Of a DNA stretch of 64,000 nt, positions 1 to 7,612 are shown piece after piece; positions within the stretch are counted from its first letter, which is position 1; every line of letters starts with the position of its first letter. The DNA comes from Minisyncoccia bacterium (GTDB lineage: Bacteria > Patescibacteriota > Minisyncoccia > Phycocordibacterales > Phycocordibacteraceae), in assembly GCA_050011835.1 (NCBI GenBank), contig JBEKII010000001.1, forward strand, positions 22,473 to 86,472, written 5' to 3'. The translations under genes were made by a program, and so were the position numbers. The notes below the pieces were generated by a model that worked only from the letters and a program-made list of their open reading frames with translations, had not been told where the DNA came from and ran no database searches.

Positions 1-461
1 TTTTTCAATAATCTTTTAGCACTCTGCAATCTGCTACTCATCATTGAAAGCCATTTGCTATGGCGATAGCTGTCGTTGCTATCAACATAATTGTTGTTAT
101 ACTTCCAATCTTTTGCGCCAGTGTTATAGGGCGGGTCAATATAAATGACATCTATTTTGCCTTCGTGCGTGTAATTCAAAACCGAGAGAGCGTGATAGTT
201 GTCTCCCTCAATAAGTATATTGATTGGCTTTCCCGCGCTGGTTTTAACTTCTTTTGTTTTATCTTCAATAAGAACGGGCAAATTTTCTTTGCACCACCTA
301 ACTACTTTTTCGGGTTCTTTTTCACTATCCCAAACAAGCCCATATTTCTTGCGCTTGCGAAGACGCTTGATTTCTTCAACGAGCTGGTTTTTATCCCAGT
401 CGCTATATTTTTGATTGCCCGTTTGGACGGACGATTGTAATGGTAATGATTTTTCAGACAT
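1..461 (-). CDS. Site-specific DNA adenine methyltransferase, type III R-M Mod-like (5' part; runs off window)
   Basis: Manual minus-strand translation from ATG at 461: MSEKSLP...KKYGLVWD...ILIEGDNYHALSVLNYTHEGKIDVIYIDPPYNTGAKDWKYNNNYVD...HSKWLSMM; DPPY catalytic motif; not in the ORF track. Confidence 0.9.
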   Translation of the reverse strand, partial: MSEKSLPLQSSVQTGNQKYSDWDKNQLVEEIKRLRKRKKYGLVWDSEKEPEKVVRWCKENLPVLIEDKTKEVKTSAGKPINILIEGDNYHALSVLNYTHEGKIDVIYIDPPYNTGAKDWKYNNNYVDSNDSYRHSKWLSMMSSRLQSAKRLLK

Positions 462-479
462 AGATGTACGCTATGTCTG
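455..479 (-). promoter_or_regulatory. 9-bp perfect hairpin sequestering the methylase start codon
   Basis: cagacatag-atgtacg-ctatgtctg; on the minus-strand mRNA the AUG lies in the 3' arm. Confidence 0.6.
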
Positions 480-506
480 GCAGGCACTCTTTTTTGTAAG
501 AAATGC

Positions 507-650
507 AAAAAGGGGACAGCCAGATGGTACATCCACGTCCTCGTTAGCACAGGGGTTCCGATTAGTGGCACCTGACTGCCCCCTTTTCACCCGCTAATCG
601 GATAAAAATAAGGCGTGTCCTGCACTACCAAGGACTAGCGTGGATGTACA
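507..650 (-). ncRNA. Structured ~143-nt leader/ncRNA (copy A), terminator/antiterminator or pseudoknot topology
   Basis: Stems 527-553/619-649, 557-568/591-602 and 508-526/569-587; six A-C oppositions on + become G-U on -; ends in a U5 run; extended -10 TGCTACCAT at 665-657. Confidence 0.75.
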
Positions 651-656
651 AGAGCT

Positions 657-665
657 ATGGTAGCA
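657..665 (-). promoter_or_regulatory. Extended -10 promoter for copy A RNA / methylase
   Basis: Minus strand TG-C-TACCAT, 7 nt upstream of the first paired base (649). Confidence 0.55.
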
Positions 666-737
666 GACACTGGCGCGGGTTGGAAATCAGAGATTTTGCC
701 ACACGATTAGAACCAGTGTAAAAAGAGTATTTTTGGG

Positions 738-766
738 TTGCAAATCGTGTCTTTTTATGGTAAATT
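738..766 (+). promoter_or_regulatory. Sigma70-like promoter for RT gene
   Basis: TTGCAA (738-743), 17-nt spacer, TAAATT (761-766) preceded by TGn. Confidence 0.5.
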
Positions 767-800
767 ATTAGCAACATTATATGACAATTACCCTACAACA

Positions 801-2963
801 ATGGACTTATTTCAGAGTTTTTCATCAAAAGAAAATCTAAAAAAGGCATTTGCATATCTCAAAGACGAGGCAGATGAAAGTTCGTTGTCTTTAGACCCGA
901 TATGGAGACCATCAATAAGTGCCGTGGCACAGCTTGGAGATGAGTTTTTTGAAGCACTCCAAGATTATCTCCGACAGGACAAATATCAGCCCGACAAAGC
1001 TGATTTTGTTTATGCCGATAAAGACAATATGGGAGTTCGTCCAATCTGTGTTTTTTCTGTAGTGGATAGGATAGTTTTTCAGGCACTTTTAAATCCGTGG
1101 ATTTTGGGAAACATAATAGATAAAAAATTATACCGTTCGTGCTTGGGCAATAGAGTGCTTGGAAAGGAGAAATATCTCAAGCCATATAAAAAACAATGGA
1201 TTGAATTTTGCGATAAACAAGTTGAAGCATTTAACAAAAAACTTATCTGGCGTGTTGAATTTGATATACGAACCTATTATGAGGACATCCATATTGATAC
1301 CTTACTTAAAGTTCTTAAAGAGGATTTTCAAATACACGATGAACGGCTACTTACAATACTTAAAAATCAGTTAGAAGCGTGGTCAGAAAAACCTACTGGA
1401 TGCGGTATTCCGCAGGGAGCAAATGCCTCTCACCTTTTAGCTAATGCCTATCTCTATAAACTAGATACTTTTTTTGATGACCTGAAAAGCGGTGGCGACT
1501 TTGAGTATTTTCGCTATGTTGATGACATAGTAGTAATGGCAAAAAGTGCCGATAAAATAAATCATAGTGTTGCAAAAGCAGGTTTGTCTTTTCGGGAATT
1601 CAATTTAACATTCAACGATAAGACAAAAATAGGGAAACTTAAAAACACAAAGAGCATTGAAGAATTGAAGTTTTATAGTCCTTATGGACAACTCAATGAA
1701 ACATCTCAACAAAGAGTAGAAAAAATAAGCAAAAGAATACCAATAATTTTAAGAAAAATCGCTAGAGGAAGCGATGTTAAAAAAACGGATATAAGCGGAC
1801 TTAAATACTATTTAAAAGCTGAAGCTGGTCTTGGTAATTCAGAGGTACTTGATAATTTAATTGCATTAATACCGAAGAAACCATCTTTAATTTTCTTGAT
1901 TTCTCGGTATTTAAGTTTCTATCTTTCTGACATCAACATTGTTTTTAACAAGGCAGACAAAAAACTTATACGCTCAAAATATGAGAAAATTTGGAAAACA
2001 TATAACGGCAATTCGCTTACAGGATGGACTAAATTCTGGCTCTTGAAAGTTCTCTCTACTCCTTCATTTGCGAAAGACCACGAGGGTTTTCAATCAGAAC
2101 TCAATAGAATAATCGCAGACCCCGATACCAATTTTTTAAGACCATTGGCATTTTTTTATAAAGCATATACGCGAGCGCAAATAGACCCCCTTATGCCTTT
2201 AGGTTTTACCTCGGATGATATTAAGAGACACATCAGAAATGCGAAGACGCAAACAGAAAAAGCAATTTATTATTACTTTTCTGTTTACTTAAGCGGCGTT
2301 GAGGAAAATGAAATAATAAAAGAATTAGTTTACGAAGCACTACAATCAAAATCACCAGAAATTCAAACAATGGGATTATTTTTGATTAAAAATCTATACC
2401 ATTTATTTGAACCAACTCCCGCCGTAGTAGATAACAGGGGTGTTGTAACAAAATGGAATGTAAATTCGGAACGAGAAATAACTGGAGAATTGAGTAGGAT
2501 TTATTTCAAGTTCCCACCGCCCGTAAAACCAAAGGCGGAACGAGAAACAGCAACCGAAGACGATTACCTCACTTTTGAGGGCAAAATTGCAAAGGATAAA
2601 TTTGCCTCGTTTATAGGTATGTCAAAACCTCGTAAAGAAGCAAAGTATTCAAAAATTATTGCAAATAAACTCAAATATTATCCAGAAAGTGGAGACACTG
2701 AATATAAAACTGCTGTATGGCAATTCAAGGGCAAAGCCCGCGCATTTTTAACGATACTTCACGGAAATAAGAATATGAATTTTAATATTGAGGATATTAA
2801 AAAGTATTGCAATCCACTTGTTATCATACAAAGACATAAATTTAGAGACGAAAAAGACACAAATGACACCTTACGAGAAATTCGTTTTAGATTAAAAGCG
2901 AGTAAAGGCGAATTATTCCCGATTTTTAAGCAAGAAAGGGGCTGGATATGGCTTGAAAAGTAG
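801..2963 (+). CDS. Reverse transcriptase (UG/Abi/DRT-like) with alpha-helical region and putative C-terminal winged-helix domain
   Basis: RPI..DRIV, FDIRTYYEDI, GIPQGANASHLLANAYL, RYVDD (YVDD at 1515-1526), NLTFNDKT; ~440-aa C-terminal extension; ATG 801 preferred over TTG 738. Confidence 0.9.
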   Translation: MDLFQSFSSKENLKKAFAYLKDEADESSLSLDPIWRPSISAVAQLGDEFFEALQDYLRQDKYQPDKADFVYADKDNMGVRPICVFSVVDRIVFQALLNPWILGNIIDKKLYRSCLGNRVLGKEKYLKPYKKQWIEFCDKQVEAFNKKLIWRVEFDIRTYYEDIHIDTLLKVLKEDFQIHDERLLTILKNQLEAWSEKPTGCGIPQGANASHLLANAYLYKLDTFFDDLKSGGDFEYFRYVDDIVVMAKSADKINHSVAKAGLSFREFNLTFNDKTKIGKLKNTKSIEELKFYSPYGQLNETSQQRVEKISKRIPIILRKIARGSDVKKTDISGLKYYLKAEAGLGNSEVLDNLIALIPKKPSLIFLISRYLSFYLSDINIVFNKADKKLIRSKYEKIWKTYNGNSLTGWTKFWLLKVLSTPSFAKDHEGFQSELNRIIADPDTNFLRPLAFFYKAYTRAQIDPLMPLGFTSDDIKRHIRNAKTQTEKAIYYYFSVYLSGVEENEIIKELVYEALQSKSPEIQTMGLFLIKNLYHLFEPTPAVVDNRGVVTKWNVNSEREITGELSRIYFKFPPPVKPKAERETATEDDYLTFEGKIAKDKFASFIGMSKPRKEAKYSKIIANKLKYYPESGDTEYKTAVWQFKGKARAFLTILHGNKNMNFNIEDIKKYCNPLVIIQRHKFRDEKDTNDTLREIRFRLKASKGELFPIFKQERGWIWLEK

Positions 2964-3021
2964 TAAATAAAAAATTCACTTTTCTCACCTGCGTATCCGA
3001 CACAGGGCGGTAAAAGATAAG

Positions 3022-3050
3022 GTCAAAGCAGATTGCGCTTTGGCTTTTTT
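3022..3050 (+). terminator. Intrinsic terminator after RT
   Basis: gtcaaagc/gctttggc stem followed by T6. Confidence 0.65.
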
Positions 3051-3101
3051 TGTTTGCCAGAGCCGCAAGGTCGTTTTAACCAATTAACTAACAAAATTAT
3101 A

Positions 3102-3401
3102 ATGACAAGAAAATTACAAAAAAGTAGTCAGCCAGAGGAATACACCTATATCCCTCTGGACGATACAGCGAATTATTTTTACTCGCACGACATTGGATTG
3201 TGCAGTTATTTGTTAGCCAAAAACTTTGAGTTGGTCGGCTTGGATAAAGCAATCAGAAACAAGGTGCTTTTCATTCTGAAAAGAGACGAAGGAATAGAAG
3301 CGGAAGTGAAGAAATACTGGGACTTCAAATCTTCAGTAGATGCTCAAACATACTTCAACCAGATTAAGCGGTGTAAAAACCAAATCTTCAGTTCGCAATA
3401 A
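3102..3401 (+). CDS. DUF5659-like small protein
   Basis: FYSHDIGLCSYLLAKNFEL..LDK..KVLFIL..YW..VDAQTYFNQIK pattern resembles DUF5659 proteins of mobile elements. Confidence 0.65.
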   Translation: MTRKLQKSSQPEEYTYIPLDDTANYFYSHDIGLCSYLLAKNFELVGLDKAIRNKVLFILKRDEGIEAEVKKYWDFKSSVDAQTYFNQIKRCKNQIFSSQ

Positions 3402-3405
3402 ATCT

Positions 3406-3603
3406 ATGTTGTCGGATGAGCAGATAACAAAATATCAGACGCTTCACAAAAACCGCTTCGGCAATGAAATCAGCCGAGAGGAAGCGTATGAAAAAGGCGC
3501 GAAACTCATCCGACTTGTTGAGTTGATTTACAAACCGATGACCGAAAACGAGTACCAAAAATTACAGGAACGCCGCCGAGAAACTGGCGACCTGAAAACC
3601 TAA
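3406..3603 (+). CDS. Small hypothetical element protein
   Basis: MLSDEQITKYQTLHKNRFGNEISREEAYEKGAKL; operonic spacing. Confidence 0.7.
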   Translation: MLSDEQITKYQTLHKNRFGNEISREEAYEKGAKLIRLVELIYKPMTENEYQKLQERRRETGDLKT

Positions 3604-3627
3604 CAAAACCTAACATTACAAAACTAT

Positions 3628-3894
3628 ATGAAATCTCTTGAAAGACGATTTAACAACATAGCCGAGAAAAATCCCAATCGGAGTTCTTATATCTGTTTTG
3701 CCGAAGCTGTGAAAGGGCAAGGTTTTAGCGAGCAAATAATTCACCGATGGTTTAACAAATTAGTTGATAAAGATGATTATGCAAAGAAAGAGAAAAAAGC
3801 AGTTTTGAAGTTTCTCGTTGGTCTTTCAAACCCCGTGAGGACAACAGGAAATGAGAGTAAATCAGCCCCACGAAGCAGACAAAATGCCAAATGA
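3628..3894 (+). CDS. Hypothetical element protein
   Basis: 88-aa ORF in operon. Confidence 0.65.
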   Translation: MKSLERRFNNIAEKNPNRSSYICFAEAVKGQGFSEQIIHRWFNKLVDKDDYAKKEKKAVLKFLVGLSNPVRTTGNESKSAPRSRQNAK

Positions 3895-3948
3895 TACATA
3901 ACAGTCCTATGTAACAAAAATCTATAAAATTAACCAACATTATCCAAT

Positions 3949-6189
3949 ATGGAAACATTACAAACTATTAACATTAAAGAATATCTGACCAGAAAAGGCG
4001 TTACCTTTCGTGAGAGCGGTAAAGAAATCATCACCCAATGTCTCTTTAACGGCTGTGATAAAGACAGCAGGGGCGCGGAAGCCCATCTCTATTTTGACGC
4101 CGAGACGGGGCAATTTGAGTGCAAAAAATGTGGCGAGAAAGGCAATCTCGTAACCCTCGCCAAGCATTTTGGAGATGGCATACAAGAGATTGCCCTTAAC
4201 CCCGTAATACCCACGAGAAATCCACGAAAATCCACGAAATTTGACGCGGGGCTAGTAGAAACCTGCCATCAGGCACTTCCAGCCAATATCCGCCAATATC
4301 TCAACGCTAGAGGCATTACAGACGCTGTTATAGACGCCCACAAGCTCGGCTGGGGCAAGTTCTATGGCAAATGGTGGATTACCATACCAATACAAGATAT
4401 TTATAGGGCTTTTCAGTTTTTCAAGTTGAGGAGAGACCCCAATGCGGGAGATGAAAAAACTACTTATCCCAGAGGCATTGAAGCCCAGATTTACGGCTGG
4501 GAAACCTTAACAAATCTTAACAATTCACTCCTCATCTGCGAGGGCGAGCTGGACAGATTGGCTTTGCTTTCAAAAAACATACCCGCAATTACTTCAACGC
4601 ACGGGGCGATGACATTCAAGCAGGAGTGGTGCGGAAAGGTAGGAAAAGGTAGGAAAATCTATATCTGTTTTGACAATGATGAAGCGGGCAGGAAAGGAGC
4701 AGAGCGGGCGGCAAAAATGTTGGAAAATGTTGGAAATGAGACATACATAATCACGCTACCGCAGGAAGTTGGCGAAGGTGGCGACATAACCGATTACCTC
4801 GTGAAGCTCAACGGCAACCCCGATGACTTGTTTGGTAAATATGCAAAAGAGTATCCAGAAAAAATGGATACCTCGCAATTCCAGCCACTCTCTCCGCAGG
4901 ATTTGATTGAGATACTTGGATTGACGATAAAACAGGACGAGGAGAATAAAATCGCAACCTTCCTATGTGAGCTATCGGCATATACCGAAAACGCACAATT
5001 CAACATCAGCTATAACGCCCCATCATCCACTGGCAAAAGTTACATCCCTTTGGAGATTTCAAATCTATTTCCAAGTGAAGATGTAATGAAACTTGGTAAC
5101 TGCTCTCCCACGGCTTTTTTTCACGAGCAGGGCGAGTACAACAAAGACAAAAACATCATAACCGTAGACCTGTCCAGAAAAATCATTATCTTTTTAGACC
5201 AACCACACACCGCTCTCTTGGAGCGATTGCGGTCATTGTTGTCGCACGATGAAAAAGAAATGCACTCCAAAATTACCGACAAAAATCAGAAGGGCGGAAA
5301 CCGAACTAAAACGGTAATTATAAAAGGTTTCCCCTCGGTAATTTTCTGCACGGCAGGGCTGACGATTAACGAGCAGGAAGCCACCCGATTTTTACTGTTA
5401 AGCCCAGAAGTCAATCGGGAGAAAATCAGGCAAGGGATTTTGGAGAGTATTAAAAAAGAAGCAGACGCCGAGAACTATAGAAGTTGGCTTGATGAGAACC
5501 CAGAGCGAAATCTACTCAAGGAGAGAATACGAGCAATAAAACTAGAGGGCATCCGAGAAATTAAAATTGCGAACCATCAAATAGTCATTGATAAATTCTT
5601 TAGTGAAAACAAAGTACCTAAACCAAGAAATCAGCGAGACATTAAACGCCTTGCCTCGCTCATCAAATCTTTTGCCCTCGTTAATCTCTGGTGGCGAGAG
5701 AAAAGCGGCACAACAATTACCGCCAACGAAGATGATATTGAACAGGCATTTAAGATTTGGAATGCTATCTCTGTAAGCCAAGAACATAACCTGCCGCCCT
5801 ATATCTACAATCTCTACCAAGAAGTCATCTTAACGGCGTGGAATGACAAGAACGACAACAGGAATGAGAGCATTGTAGCGGTAACGGGATTGCTCGGCGT
5901 ATCACGCCAAGAATTGCTCCAGAAGCATTTTGAGGTCTATGGGCGAATGTTGGACACCAACCAGCTACGACAACAAATCCTGCCAATGCTTGAGACGGCG
6001 GGGTTAATTGAGCAGGAGGCAGACCCTAACGATAAACGAAAAATGCTGATTTTCCCTGCCGCACTTCCCACTAAACCTTCTGACCAGAGGAATAGCGAGA
6101 ACGAGGGTGTGGTGAGTATCAGTGAAGAAAACAATAGTGAAATGAGCAGTGGGGTAACTCAAGATTTAGAAAGTTTCCTGACGCCATAA
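3949..6189 (+). CDS. Primase (Zn finger + Toprim) fused to P-loop NTPase/helicase-like domain
   Basis: C..H..CKKC Zn motif, ICEGELD, CFDNDEAG, GDITDY, Walker A-like APSSTGKS. Confidence 0.85.
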   Translation: METLQTINIKEYLTRKGVTFRESGKEIITQCLFNGCDKDSRGAEAHLYFDAETGQFECKKCGEKGNLVTLAKHFGDGIQEIALNPVIPTRNPRKSTKFDAGLVETCHQALPANIRQYLNARGITDAVIDAHKLGWGKFYGKWWITIPIQDIYRAFQFFKLRRDPNAGDEKTTYPRGIEAQIYGWETLTNLNNSLLICEGELDRLALLSKNIPAITSTHGAMTFKQEWCGKVGKGRKIYICFDNDEAGRKGAERAAKMLENVGNETYIITLPQEVGEGGDITDYLVKLNGNPDDLFGKYAKEYPEKMDTSQFQPLSPQDLIEILGLTIKQDEENKIATFLCELSAYTENAQFNISYNAPSSTGKSYIPLEISNLFPSEDVMKLGNCSPTAFFHEQGEYNKDKNIITVDLSRKIIIFLDQPHTALLERLRSLLSHDEKEMHSKITDKNQKGGNRTKTVIIKGFPSVIFCTAGLTINEQEATRFLLLSPEVNREKIRQGILESIKKEADAENYRSWLDENPERNLLKERIRAIKLEGIREIKIANHQIVIDKFFSENKVPKPRNQRDIKRLASLIKSFALVNLWWREKSGTTITANEDDIEQAFKIWNAISVSQEHNLPPYIYNLYQEVILTAWNDKNDNRNESIVAVTGLLGVSRQELLQKHFEVYGRMLDTNQLRQQILPMLETAGLIEQEADPNDKRKMLIFPAALPTKPSDQRNSENEGVVSISEENNSEMSSGVTQDLESFLTP

Positions 6190-6240
6190 AAAGGGTCATC
6201 GCTAACTGATAAACAGTATAAAAACAGTAATAACAAAACT

Positions 6241-6786
6241 ATGAACGAAATATCAAAAAAACAATTAGAGGCAAATCGTGAGAACGCAAAGCTCGGCGGC
6301 GTAAAGACCGATGAGGGTAAAGCTGTAAGTAAATATAATGCTCTCAAACACGGAATTTTGAGCAAAGAGGTGTTACTTGAAGGAGAGGATGAAAAAACAC
6401 TTATTGAAATCGGGAAAAAACTACGAGCAGAATTAGAGCCGCAAACAGAGCTTGAATTAGTGTTGGTTGATAGGATAACTGCCAATGTTTGGAGATTAAG
6501 ACGGGTAATGCAGATAGAACGAGAAATGATTGAAGATGACCGCAAAGACAGTTTCAGTAAAGGTGGATTGAAGACACTTGGAGAGGCGTTTAGTTATGAC
6601 TCTGCCAATTACGATACTTACAGTAAACTTATTCGTTACGAAGCAAGCATTGAACGCGGTATCTATAAAGCATTGCACGAACTACAACGACTGCAGGCGG
6701 TGAGGAATGGTGAAAATGTGCCAGTGCCAGTAGTTGTAGATATGGATATATCTGGTGAGAAAATAAATGGGTTCGTTTCGCAATAA
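6241..6786 (+). CDS. Hypothetical protein (ANRxNA...KTxEGK...NAxKHG family)
   Basis: N-terminal motif typical of phage/MGE proteins. Confidence 0.7.
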   Translation: MNEISKKQLEANRENAKLGGVKTDEGKAVSKYNALKHGILSKEVLLEGEDEKTLIEIGKKLRAELEPQTELELVLVDRITANVWRLRRVMQIEREMIEDDRKDSFSKGGLKTLGEAFSYDSANYDTYSKLIRYEASIERGIYKALHELQRLQAVRNGENVPVPVVVDMDISGEKINGFVSQ

Positions 6787-6841
6787 TAACTTGATTAAAC
6801 TGGTTAATCTCAAATAATTTCGGCAATAGAAAAAATAAAAT

Positions 6842-7456
6842 ATGCGCGGCGGATGGAACTCTACAGGTAAAACAGAAGCGGACAGCGTAAAGAAAATATC
6901 TGTACGCTTTCTCAATGAGCGCGGCTTTTTCTCTGGATGGCAATCTGGAACGATGACTTGGACGAGCGGACGGTCGGGAACGAAAAGTAGTGTCAGTATT
7001 GAGGTCTCAACGATGAACGAGGAGAAGTATCTTCGTATCTACTATACGCAAACAAACCGTGATACGGACGAGGAAAAGGACTTTGACTACAAAATCCCTC
7101 TGCTCTCCACTCCGTGTCGCTATGGCGGTAAAAGGTATTGGTTTCAGTGTCCGTGGTACAAAAACGGGCAATACTGCGGACGCAGAGTAGGTACTTTATA
7201 CAAAAATGGCGATTACTTCGCGTGCCGCCACTGCTACAATCTCACCTATGCAAGCCGCAATGCGAGTGCTCGGTACAAAGGGTTCGTAAGCTGTCCAGAC
7301 CTTGATGAACAGGAAGCGAAGGTGAAGCGGATGTATTACGCTGGAAAGCCAACTAGAAAATACCGAAAACTACTGAAAATGGAGAGGCGTTTTGAAATGG
7401 GCGTTATCCGAGCCGCAGGTGGATTAGGCATACTTGGCAAGAAATATGGTGTATAA
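6842..7456 (+). CDS. Zn-finger hypothetical MGE protein
   Basis: TPCRYGGKRYWFQCP...CGRRV..LY...FACRHCYNLTYAS. Confidence 0.7.
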   Translation: MRGGWNSTGKTEADSVKKISVRFLNERGFFSGWQSGTMTWTSGRSGTKSSVSIEVSTMNEEKYLRIYYTQTNRDTDEEKDFDYKIPLLSTPCRYGGKRYWFQCPWYKNGQYCGRRVGTLYKNGDYFACRHCYNLTYASRNASARYKGFVSCPDLDEQEAKVKRMYYAGKPTRKYRKLLKMERRFEMGVIRAAGGLGILGKKYGV

Positions 7457-7462
7457 TGAACT

Positions 7463-7610
7463 TGTTGAACCGATGAAAGCAAATATGCGCAAGGTATTTT
7501 TATTGCAAAAAGGTAAGATAGTAGCCCGAGAGGGGCGGTCTGCCGCTATCTTGCCAATCCTTGCGATTGCTCGTAGTCGGTTCAACACAGACCGTCCCTT
7601 TCGGGTTTTT
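7463..7610 (+). ncRNA. Structured ~148-nt leader RNA (copy B) upstream of recombinase
   Basis: TATAAT 7452-7457; stems 7463-7473/7577-7587, 7488-7494/7559-7565, 7512-7522/7545-7555; loop 7525-7542 pairs over 18 bp with 7588-7605, then T5 and ATG. Confidence 0.75.
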
Positions 7611-7612
7611 GT

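Noticed and set aside
60-597. ORFs 60-440, 199-414, 302-571 and 415-597 in the track
   Set aside because: Shadows of the minus-strand methylase and the structured RNA; no protein motifs
486-2963. Classical retron (msr-msd + RT)
   Set aside because: No VTG motif; wobble pairs and promoter point to a minus-strand RNA; the candidate a1/a2 repeat is only 9 bp and AT-rich. Not fully excluded
801-2963. Group II intron or DGR reverse transcriptase
   Set aside because: No maturase/endonuclease domain or domain V seen; no Avd gene or TR/VR repeat pair found in the window
4635-4740. Micro-tandem repeats in the primase (aggaaaaggt; aaaatgttgg)
   Set aside because: In frame, low complexity, no sign of function
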